Source: Phascolarctobacterium sp.
GTDB taxonomy: Bacteria > Bacillota > Negativicutes > Acidaminococcales > Acidaminococcaceae
DNA: 64,000 nt
Direction: 5' to 3'
NCBI GenBank assembly: GCA_017467905.1
Contig: JAFUKD010000024.1
Location: forward strand, 25,958 to 89,957
Positions 26,680 to 34,295 of the stretch are shown here, one piece after another. The position numbers and the translations under genes were made by a program. The notes under the pieces are model-generated. The model was not told the DNA's origin. It saw only the letters and a list, made by a program, of their open reading frames with translations, and ran no database searches. How positions within the stretch are numbered: the first letter of the stretch is position 1; each line of letters starts with the position of its first letter.

Positions 26680-27660
26680 TCATCCAAAAATGGACTTGAA
26701 AATGCTAGTAATTGTCCCGATGACAGCCCCAGCAACACCACCAAGAATTTTCCCAGGCACGCCCAGAATCTTGCCACCGACTTCACTAGCTACCTCAATG
26801 TAATCGAATACCACATCGACAAAATCCTTGGTAGTTTCCTCACCATAATCATCTTCCTCATCATCGTGTTCCCAATTTTCTTTTTTTGTATTGATTTTAT
26901 CAGCCAATGCCAATCGCTTTTCACGAGGAATGATTTGAACAATGCTATGAAGTAGCTTAGTAAGATTGTAAGGCTTGCATTGATTTTTTCCTTCCTCACA
27001 ATAGCCTGCACAATAACAAATAGGAGTAATATCTAATCCGGTTCCGTCTTTAACTCGTGCTTGAACTGAAGCAGCTTTCCTTTTCAAGTATTGTGTCAGT
27101 ACTTCGTCAGGCTTGTTTGCTTCTTTATGCCAATGATTACCCTTCATGGCTACGTCTGCTTGGTTCAAGCCAATGATGATTCGCTTGCTCGCTTCACTAC
27201 CTAGGCAAGGCACGAGTACTTTGTTGATGAGGTTATAGGTTGTTCCCAAGTCTTTACTGGATGAATCCATGATTACTACCACCAGGTCGATAATAGGTTT
27301 ACCATCTTCCCCAATCTCATTGAGCTTAGCAATAATGTCTCTTGTAATACGCTTGTCCCTTTCAACGCCATCACCCAATCCTGGACTATCCCAGATGGTA
27401 AGGTTATCTAATACGAAATTAGAGATGGTAGTTGTTTCAGGATCTACGCCTGTCCCAACCTTTGCGACGTTCATATCAAACAAAGCATTGATAGTAGAAC
27501 TCTTACCGCTTCCAGTTGCACCAACAAGCATAATGTTAACCTGTTTACTTCGTACTTGAAGCAGTCTTGATAGCTTAGCAGCTTTATCTGCTTCGCTCAA
27601 ATCTGAGTTCATAATGTCTTCTTCCAAAAGTTCGTAGATATTTTTCATTTCTTGTTCCAT
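26680..27660 (-). CDS. P-loop GTPase (YfjP/YeeP-like small GTPase domain) with an acidic linker and a C-terminal glycine-zipper membrane segment
   Basis: G1 is GATGSGKSS, G3 is WDSPGLGDG and G4 is GLNQAD. The C-terminus reads EVGGKILGVPGKILGGVAGAVIGTITSIFKSIFG. Confidence 0.6.
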   Translation of the reverse strand: MEQEMKNIYELLEEDIMNSDLSEADKAAKLSRLLQVRSKQVNIMLVGATGSGKSSTINALFDMNVAKVGTGVDPETTTISNFVLDNLTIWDSPGLGDGVERDKRITRDIIAKLNEIGEDGKPIIDLVVVIMDSSSKDLGTTYNLINKVLVPCLGSEASKRIIIGLNQADVAMKGNHWHKEANKPDEVLTQYLKRKAASVQARVKDGTGLDITPICYCAGYCEEGKNQCKPYNLTKLLHSIVQIIPREKRLALADKINTKKENWEHDDEEDDYGEETTKDFVDVVFDYIEVASEVGGKILGVPGKILGGVAGAVIGTITSIFKSIFG

Positions 27661-27764
27661 AGCATTACCTCTTTTCTAAAAATAAATTGACCTCTTACTT
27701 TGATAAGTAAGAGGTCTCTATTTTTAGAATATATAATTATTTTTGTTTTTGTTGCGTTAAATTC

Positions 27765-28370
27765 TTATACGCTATAAATCAGAGTTCTTTTTACCTTAGT
27801 CGCTTTCAACACACCTTGTCGTCTCAATCTTCTAAGAACATTAACAGCTGTAGTTTCCCAATAATCCTCATCTATGAGTTTATAGATAAGCTCCCAACGT
27901 TCCATTTCCCCATTTGGAGCTTCATTAAGTAATTCTAAAACTCTTCGACAGCAATACGTTCTACCTGCATGAATTGGTCCAATGGGACGTTTACCCTTTG
28001 CGTTTGCTTGTGCTAATAACAGATCTAAACCTTTACGATACCTCTTACAATGATTTTTAGTCATCGGTACCAATAACTTCATACCATTATTGTATTTCGA
28101 ATGGGATCCTGAACAGCTGAGTTTACCTTCTTCAACGATATAATCATATGGTGCATACGCAAACAGGCAATAGCTTGGAAGTTGATTACCATAACCTCCA
28201 GTTACCGAAGACCACGTAGCATCTTTGAGCAACGAAACGTCAATTTCCATTTGACCACTAAATGCGGTACCACGAGTAACTAAAACTTTCAAGCCTTTAC
28301 TTGAAGCACCTGCTTCATTCAACACTAAGTTATTATAATCAATGCCTGCTTCTTTTTCTTCTTTAATCAT
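27765..28370 (-). CDS. Hypothetical protein with a possible C-terminal winged-helix domain
   Basis: 201-aa ORF. The C-terminal RRVLELLNEAPNGEMERWELIYKLID...VLRRLRRQGVL looks wHTH-like. The N-terminal domain is unassigned. Confidence 0.4.
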   Translation of the reverse strand: MIKEEKEAGIDYNNLVLNEAGASSKGLKVLVTRGTAFSGQMEIDVSLLKDATWSSVTGGYGNQLPSYCLFAYAPYDYIVEEGKLSCSGSHSKYNNGMKLLVPMTKNHCKRYRKGLDLLLAQANAKGKRPIGPIHAGRTYCCRRVLELLNEAPNGEMERWELIYKLIDEDYWETTAVNVLRRLRRQGVLKATKVKRTLIYSV

Positions 28371-28785
28371 TTTTCATTCTCCTTTGAATATCTTTTATTC
28401 GCAGGGCATTTAAATACTTCTGATTTCCCAAAGAAAAACAAAAAATCATGCCCTTAAAACATCTTCCCAAAATGGGTACAGCTATACACAAAAAACGTCA
28501 TTTTGAGAATGACCATCTTTTGTAAGCTCATTTTAATGCATGATACTATCGTTTTTTATTTGATTAGCTTACGTTCATATTTTATACTATCAGACCTTGT
28601 TTGTCAATTTGACTTTTGAATTTATCACCACTTAAAACCTGATTTCTTGAATCTTTAATGAACTTTATTTTCTTCTTTACCGGGTACGAACAGTCACAAT
28701 ATTTCTTAAACGGTTCAAAAAAGCTAACAAATAATTAAAAGGTAAATAATTTACCAACAATATAATTAGAAAGGAATCAGTAACT

Positions 28786-29055
28786 ATGCCAAGACGTGTA
28801 TGTAAGCTAACTGATAAAAGCCAAAGAAATAATGTAGATCTCCGGAACTATAGCCAAACAATCATAGATACCATCAATAAAATTGCACCCAATAAAAACC
28901 CTATAGTAAGCCAGTATTCGTTCAGCACTGATGTGCTCACGCACTCAGAAGCAGTGAAGATTGGATTTGCATTAGCAATGATACCAGAGATTGCTAAGTT
29001 AGGTATATGGGTAAAAACCTTTCGTTTATTCGATGGAAAAATAGTAGAGGAGTAA
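28786..29055 (+). CDS. Hypothetical protein
   Basis: 89-aa ORF with an AGAAAGGAA RBS. First gene of a short plus-strand pair. Confidence 0.4.
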   Translation: MPRRVCKLTDKSQRNNVDLRNYSQTIIDTINKIAPNKNPIVSQYSFSTDVLTHSEAVKIGFALAMIPEIAKLGIWVKTFRLFDGKIVEE

Positions 29056-29068
29056 AAGGAGAAACATA

Positions 29069-29272
29069 ATGACAGCAGTAATGAACAGAAAGTTTCTAAC
29101 AATCGACGAAATTCAAAAGCAGTACCTACCAGTGAGCAAAAAAAGAATTAGAGCATTGGTAAAGCAATATCTTAACGTGAAAATAATTGGGGGAAGAATC
29201 TTCGTAGAACGAAGCCAATTAGAAAACCTTCTAAGCTCTACGGAACAACATAACTTTCCGATAGCAATATAA
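29069..29272 (+). CDS. Excisionase/MerR-like helix-turn-helix DNA-binding protein
   Basis: 67 aa. FLTIDEIQKQYLPVSKKRIRALVKQ...IGGRIFVERSQLENLL resembles the HTH_17/Xis type. RBS is AAAGGAGAAA. Confidence 0.5.
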   Translation: MTAVMNRKFLTIDEIQKQYLPVSKKRIRALVKQYLNVKIIGGRIFVERSQLENLLSSTEQHNFPIAI

Positions 29273-29364
29273 AACACTTGTAACAACAAAAGACATATGA
29301 CAAACAACAGGACTTGGTGGCGACCTACCAAGTCCAAACTTTTTAACTGATGTAAAGGTACATA

Positions 29365-29410
29365 CAAAAAAAGTAGTGAGAAAGGTTTCTCTCACTACTT
29401 TTCTTTTTTT
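29365..29410. terminator. Bidirectional rho-independent terminator
   Basis: AAAAAAAGTAGTGAGA...TCTCACTACTTTTCTTTTTTT lies between convergent genes. Confidence 0.65.
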
Positions 29411-29419
29411 ATATGTTAT

Positions 29420-29776
29420 TTAGAAAGCAATAATCTCTCCGTTTAATCTTGCAAATTTTTGAGGATGCTCAAATTTCTTTAAATACTTATCCAAAAGTTC
29501 AGGACTAAGACTTTGCAGTTCATCAGTTGAACAATCGCAAAGGAAAGCTTTACCAGCTATGATGTCTATGATTTCTCCATCATTATCATAAACAGCTCTA
29601 TTTAAAGGTAATCCATTAATTTTACCTTCTTCGTTGCAAGCAAGACCAACAAACACATCAGAGAATGGATAGATTATTTCTACAGTGCCTTCCACAGCTT
29701 CTTGTATGGAAGCCAGGTCACTACCAATCTCTTTTACATAAGCTGGTTTACCAGGCTCTAACATTATTACTTGCAT
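29420..29776 (-). CDS. DUF3846-like protein, a type seen on Firmicute mobile elements
   Basis: 118 aa with the pattern MQVIMLEPGKPAYVKEI...LQEAVEG..E..YPF...V.L.CNEEGK..GLPLNR. Confidence 0.5.
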   Translation of the reverse strand: MQVIMLEPGKPAYVKEIGSDLASIQEAVEGTVEIIYPFSDVFVGLACNEEGKINGLPLNRAVYDNDGEIIDIIAGKAFLCDCSTDELQSLSPELLDKYLKKFEHPQKFARLNGEIIAF

Positions 29777-29796
29777 ATTTTATTCCTCCTTAGCCG

Positions 29797-30216
29797 TTAA
29801 AATGGTTCTTTCATATCCATATCGTTATCTTCTTCAGTAGTTACGTAACTATCAAACTGATTACTGTTGCGTAGATAGAAAACCATAGAATAAGAATCGT
29901 TATAAACAACTATGATTTTTGTCCATTTTTCATTATCAAAATAGTAGTTGTAGGCTACCTCTGGTATAATACCTTCCCAACCTTCAGATAACCCAATGCT
30001 TTTTAATTGGTCGATAGTTTCGCTACCATCCAGCAATGCAACATAGCCATAATCATAATCATCCGTATGAAATTCTGTAAAACTGACTTCATTGTATTCG
30101 TCTGACCAGCTTTTAATTCTGGATAATTCTTCCTTCAGCATTTTTATGATACGATTAGGAACAATACCCATCATTGTAAGCTTGATAATATCCTTGTAGC
30201 ATTTTACTTCTATCAT
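29797..30216 (-). CDS. Hypothetical protein
   Basis: 139-aa ORF. Its start overlaps the upstream stop codon (ATGA) and an AAGGAGG RBS lies inside the upstream gene. Confidence 0.45.
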   Translation of the reverse strand: MIEVKCYKDIIKLTMMGIVPNRIIKMLKEELSRIKSWSDEYNEVSFTEFHTDDYDYGYVALLDGSETIDQLKSIGLSEGWEGIIPEVAYNYYFDNEKWTKIIVVYNDSYSMVFYLRNSNQFDSYVTTEEDNDMDMKEPF

Positions 30217-30935
30217 GCTGCCTCCTTGTTAGCCATTCGTTTTTGACAATCATAGCAAATGGGTTTACCGAATTTGTTTAAAGCATAGTCCAGTACTTTT
30301 TGAGACTTAATTGGTGTATTGCATTGGCAGCATATAGTACCAAATGGTGGCTCGTGGATTTCGGGTGCCTTAGGAGTGTCTACATTAGGTTCATAGTTTC
30401 TGGTCTTGGAAGCTATACTGAATCTTTCCTTACCATCTTTGTCTAGGACTACAAACTTGGTGAATTTATTTTGTGTCTTGTCATAGGTCATATCAGCACC
30501 GACATAGAATTTAGCATAGCTTTTAGGTTTGCCATTATTGCCTATGAAAAATTCGTCATCGTTAAGCTTGAATCTAATATCAGGAGCAGAATAAAGCTCT
30601 CTGCCGATCTTCCAATTAAAGCAAGCACGCTTGAAAGCATCGGAAGCTTCCCCTTTAGTAGGTTCAGTATTACTTGGTACTCCTACATCTTGTTTGGAGA
30701 TCCATTCCTGTTTTTTCTCATCATAGACACTTACTGTACAGAACAGTCTGCCATCTATCACGGTATGTTCTCGTTTCCAGTTCATAGAGCCAAAGCATTC
30801 GTCAAGGATACGCATATCCACTCTGGAATTCTTATATGCAAGCAGTACTGCAAAAGTTCCTTGGTTTGTTTGTTGGAGCTGTGCAATCCGCAATTCCACA
30901 TCAGAAGCAGTTAATAAAGGTATATCTTTTTCCAT
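30213..30935 (-). CDS. Rad52/Sak-like single-strand annealing protein with a C-terminal zinc ribbon
   Basis: ILDECFGSMNWKREH...KQDVGVPSNTEPTKGEASDAFKRACFNWKIGRELYSAP matches the Rad52_Rad22/DUF1071 core. The C-terminus has CCQCN...CYDC. Confidence 0.7.
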   Translation of the reverse strand: MEKDIPLLTASDVELRIAQLQQTNQGTFAVLLAYKNSRVDMRILDECFGSMNWKREHTVIDGRLFCTVSVYDEKKQEWISKQDVGVPSNTEPTKGEASDAFKRACFNWKIGRELYSAPDIRFKLNDDEFFIGNNGKPKSYAKFYVGADMTYDKTQNKFTKFVVLDKDGKERFSIASKTRNYEPNVDTPKAPEIHEPPFGTICCQCNTPIKSQKVLDYALNKFGKPICYDCQKRMANKEAA

Positions 30936-31017
30936 ATTTAGTTCCTTTCTAAACTTAGGTAAAAAATAATAGGCTACCGATTATAGCAGCCTATGAGTAG
31001 TGAGTTGTTGTTCATTT

Positions 31018-31218
31018 TTAAGCAGCTTTTGAAAGCTCTTCTTCAGTAAGTTCCTTGGTTACTATTGATAACTTGGTGGAGTTGTTGCTGAAGGTAATGG
31101 ATACTCCATTGGTAGAAGCAATGTGCTTACTATCATATTTGTCTTGGAATACTACGGCAACTTCATCATTATCATTAAGGATTGAGAGAGCCTGCAGGAT
31201 TTGTTTCTTGGTCATCAT
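31018..31218 (-). CDS. Hypothetical small protein
   Basis: 66-aa ORF lying in the operon. Confidence 0.35.
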   Translation of the reverse strand: MMTKKQILQALSILNDNDEVAVVFQDKYDSKHIASTNGVSITFSNNSTKLSIVTKELTEEELSKAA

Positions 31219-31249
31219 ATCTATTTACCACCTATGGTTCATTTTGTTA

Positions 31250-31537
31250 TTAGTTCTTGCGTACAATCATATGACGAAGGATATCCTCATTGATTTTCAT
31301 ATATCGGTCAATTTCCCTGGTTACATCACAAGTGCCAATGTAAGTGAAAAGTAAATAGATGCCAGTGTTCAGACCACAGATTTCATAAGCAAGTCGTTTT
31401 TCGCCCCAGTTGTCTACTTTATCGACCTTACCATCAGCAGTGATGATGGACTTGGTTTTATCAATGATTGCATTGAGGTTTTCTTCAGGCATAGGTTTTA
31501 TAATAATCATAATTTCATAGTTATTCATTATCTTCAC
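31250..31537 (-). CDS. Ribosomal protein bS6 (RpsF) paralogue encoded on the island
   Basis: 95 aa. YEIMIIIKP...NWGEKRLAYEI...GIYLLF...REIDRYMKINEDILRHMIVRK matches the bS6 hallmark blocks YE.M.I.RP / WGKRRLAYEI / G.Y / FDR..KI.DDI.RH.VV. Confidence 0.7.
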   Translation of the reverse strand: MKIMNNYEIMIIIKPMPEENLNAIIDKTKSIITADGKVDKVDNWGEKRLAYEICGLNTGIYLLFTYIGTCDVTREIDRYMKINEDILRHMIVRKN

Positions 31538-31545
31538 CTTTCTTT

Positions 31546-32454
31546 TTAAGCAGCGTTGGTTAAGCTATCTTGATTTGATAGTTGTTCTGTGTAGTCTTGT
31601 CTGCAAGCTTCATATACATTGCAGTAGTCCTGACATTTTCTTCCACTCCAGGATTCTCGCTTACTACAGAAGTCAGGTAATACACCACTAGCCATAGCTT
31701 CTTCAAGTCTACGCTTCTTGATGGCAAAATAGCGTTTGATCCAAATGTCGCTTATTTTATTGACCTTGATAAGATAGATTGGTTTCTCGACATTTCGTTC
31801 TGCAGCGATCCTCAAAGAATAGTCACGCACATACATCTGGATATGCATATCGTCTACCTTGAAGTTATGCTCCTCAAGCAGCATTCTGTAAGCATTGATT
31901 TGAATAGCCCATTCGAGGATATGCTTAACTCCTCCAGTCTTGAAAACTTTACGAGTCTTTGGTTGACCTTTCTTAGCACCAGTCTTATAGACTTCGCCAG
32001 TAGGTTCGTCTACCTTATAGTAGCCAAGAGCCATAGCTGCTTTGAATGAAGAAGTAACCTTATAGTCGAGCAGTATCTTCTTACCATTACCTAATAAGTC
32101 ACCATAGGCATCTATCTGTCCAGTATAGGTATCGTTAGATAGCCTTACTTCGGTCAAGGTAAATGATGAAGAATGCTTCTCGCATATGGAATGAACAGCA
32201 GTACCATGCATAGCAAATATTTGGTCTTGCGGGTCAATGGCATAATCAGTAGTTTTCTTGAGGTAAACCTCTCTAGTGCCTGATATGAGTTCAGTAACGG
32301 AATACTTACTACCCAAGCCTCTGTCCTTAACGCTGTTAGCAACTGCTTCAAGGGTAGGCTTACCCATACAACGCATTGCATTAGGACAAGCACTTAGGCA
32401 TTCAGATATTCCTATGCGTTCTTTGCTAGGACAAATGAATTGAGTAGCTCCCAT
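31546..32454 (-). CDS. PD-(D/E)XK RecB/Cas4-family exonuclease with a Fe-S cluster cysteine signature
   Basis: Motifs IDAYGD...ILLDYKVTSS (D...D.K) and QINAYRMLL (QxxxY). There are N-terminal Cys residues plus the C-terminal CSKRESWSGRKCQDYCNVYEAC. Confidence 0.65.
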   Translation of the reverse strand: MGATQFICPSKERIGISECLSACPNAMRCMGKPTLEAVANSVKDRGLGSKYSVTELISGTREVYLKKTTDYAIDPQDQIFAMHGTAVHSICEKHSSSFTLTEVRLSNDTYTGQIDAYGDLLGNGKKILLDYKVTSSFKAAMALGYYKVDEPTGEVYKTGAKKGQPKTRKVFKTGGVKHILEWAIQINAYRMLLEEHNFKVDDMHIQMYVRDYSLRIAAERNVEKPIYLIKVNKISDIWIKRYFAIKKRRLEEAMASGVLPDFCSKRESWSGRKCQDYCNVYEACRQDYTEQLSNQDSLTNAA

Positions 32455-32456
32455 TT

Positions 32457-33098
32457 TTAAGCGACCTCCTTCTTAGCCATAAATTCAGCCATTTCGTTGT
32501 GGTACTCCTTAAATCTATGAATGTAGAAATAATATTCTTTGTCCAAAGAACCATAGATTTGGTCAATGCTACGCTCGATATCGTCTAAGGTATCGAAATA
32601 ACCAAAGTAAGCTTTAGGAAAGCTAGTTCTAAGATAGGTAAATAAAGCCTTATATGTCTTGAAGTATTCAGATTCGGAAACACCATTAATTCGCCATTCA
32701 ACTTTATAGCGGTCAGGATAGAATACTCCAGTATCGTCTTTAACAATGAAGATATCGCCACCATCTTCGGAACAGAAGCTAAGATGGATTTCGTTATGGT
32801 ACTTTTCTTTCAAAAGGTTAATGATGGGAAGCATATTTTCGCTCCAAGCGGTGGTTGTTTCGCAACTGAAATAATGCACACCTCTCTTGCTGGTGATGAA
32901 CTCCTCACAATGGCTAAAATGATCGGTATTGTTCACACCCAACGGAAGCAAATAGCCATGGGATTTGAGAAGATCCCTAACGAGATTTTTACCCTTTACT
33001 GCATCGTCATAGCAGCTAAGGACTTTCTTATGCAGTTCTCTAAGCAGCTTACTGTTACGAGAACTAAAGGTAATGGAATTGACAGCGTAATTACACAT
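32457..33098 (-). CDS. Hypothetical protein
   Basis: Start set at MCNYAVNSITF after an AAGGAGG RBS. 213 aa with no firm family call. Confidence 0.45.
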   Translation of the reverse strand: MCNYAVNSITFSSRNSKLLRELHKKVLSCYDDAVKGKNLVRDLLKSHGYLLPLGVNNTDHFSHCEEFITSKRGVHYFSCETTTAWSENMLPIINLLKEKYHNEIHLSFCSEDGGDIFIVKDDTGVFYPDRYKVEWRINGVSESEYFKTYKALFTYLRTSFPKAYFGYFDTLDDIERSIDQIYGSLDKEYYFYIHRFKEYHNEMAEFMAKKEVA

Positions 33099-33202
33099 AG
33101 TAACTACCTCCTTGAAAAATAGAAAATAAAAAGAACCTTCCATCCAAATCTAGACAGAAGGTTCCATAACCACTGTTTTTGCAAAAAAACACTTGGTTCG
33201 TG

Positions 33203-33227
33203 GTAATAAATTGTAATAATTTATTAC
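33203..33227. promoter_or_regulatory. Perfect 10-bp inverted repeat GTAATAAATT-N5-AATTTATTAC (operator candidate) upstream of the recombination operon
   Basis: Read directly from the 33144-33358 intergenic region. Confidence 0.35.
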
Positions 33228-33294
33228 ACAGTAATAATATGTCTTTAAAATTGTTGAAAATACGGTTTTGTCCACAATTATCCACACGCAAATA

Positions 33295-33345
33295 AAAAAG
33301 CAGTGAGAAAGAATCATATTTCTTTCCCACTACTTTTGGATAATC
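33295..33345 (-). terminator. Rho-independent terminator after doc
   Basis: Minus strand reads AGTGGGAAAGAA ATATG ATTCTTTCTCACT GCTTTTTT. Confidence 0.6.
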
Positions 33346-33358
33346 AATTTAAATACAA

Positions 33359-33736
33359 CTATACACGATGGTTCTTAATCCACTCTAAAAGCTCATCATA
33401 TTTCAAACTACCTTCTGCTAATCCCAACCCTATCTGTACTACTTCATCATTAGTACAATCAAGATATATTCCATTAACCTCCAAGAATGTAATCATTATG
33501 TACATTCCTATTCTTTTATTACCATCGACAAATGCATGATTAGATACTAAGCTATATCCTATTTTTGCAGCCTTTTCTTCTTTGGTAGGATAAAACTCCT
33601 TATCACCAAAACCTGCAAAAGCACTCTCTATAGCAGACTCCAATAGTCCTTCATCACGAACACCAACGCTACCTCCAGTTTCGGCAGCAATAAGTTGATG
33701 TAACAGTAATATCTTTTCTTTAGAAAACTTAATCAT
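33359..33736 (-). CDS. doc: Doc (death-on-curing, Fic family) toxin
   Basis: 125 aa with the HAFVDGNKRIG Fic/Doc motif. Overlaps the phd stop by 4 nt. Confidence 0.85.
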   Translation of the reverse strand: MIKFSKEKILLLHQLIAAETGGSVGVRDEGLLESAIESAFAGFGDKEFYPTKEEKAAKIGYSLVSNHAFVDGNKRIGMYIMITFLEVNGIYLDCTNDEVVQIGLGLAEGSLKYDELLEWIKNHRV

Positions 33737-33999
33737 TTCGCAAGCTCCAGAAATGCAGGTTTAAATCTTTTTAAAACCCTGGCTGCAACAATATCAATTT
33801 TTTCATCATCAGTTAAATCAATTATAGGGGAATTATCCATATCAATAACGAGATATTTAGGTCGATTGTTTTTGAAAATAACTGCTTGTCCATTTTTTTC
33901 TGCAATTCTAGTAACACGAGAAAAATTTTGGTTGGCTTCAGTAACAGAAACGATAGTATTGGTATCAATATTCATATCAACTACCTCCTTTATCTCCAT
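33733..33999 (-). CDS. phd: Phd/YefM-family antitoxin
   Basis: 88 aa containing VSVTEANQNFSRVTRIAEKNGQAVIFKNNRPKYLVID. Immediately upstream of doc. Confidence 0.75.
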   Translation of the reverse strand: MEIKEVVDMNIDTNTIVSVTEANQNFSRVTRIAEKNGQAVIFKNNRPKYLVIDMDNSPIIDLTDDEKIDIVAARVLKRFKPAFLELAK

Positions 34000-34139
34000 T
34001 ATATCTCAAAATAGGTAAAATTCAACCTATTTTTCTCCATGCCATACAGATTACAAAATCCAATTAACTCGTGAAATCATCAGGAACACACAAACCCTCC
34101 GCTCGCTTTTTCTATGCTCCTGCTCCATAGGAGCAGGGA

Positions 34140-34295
34140 TTATGACCAGAATAACCTCCAATAAACCAAGAGTATTAAGCTTTTGAATGTTATCCATAAT
34201 ACTAATAATAAACTAAGTAATAGCAATTCTAGCCTTTTATCCGTTTCACTAAGCATATGCTCCCACCTTTCGTTGTTATATTTGATTTCTGTCAT
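34140..34295 (-). CDS. Possible 51-aa hydrophobic micro-protein translationally coupled to the recombinase stop
   Basis: Own translation gives MTEIKYNNERWEHMLSETDKRLELLLLSLLLVLWITFKSLILLVYWRLFWS. Its ATG overlaps the recombinase TGA (ATGA). Below the track size cut-off. Confidence 0.25.
   Translation of the reverse strand: MTEIKYNNERWEHMLSETDKRLELLLLSLLLVLWITFKSLILLVYWRLFWS

Noticed and set aside
28412-28428. Internal att-like string (minus strand TCAGAAGTAT) in the 28.37-28.79 kb divergent intergenic region, which could split the island into two sub-elements
   Set aside because: Only a 10-nt match to the rlmH-end repeat is present. The flanking palindromic arms of L1/L2 are absent. The chance expectation in 64 kb of AT-rich DNA is not negligible. 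It is worth a look only if excision junctions point there.
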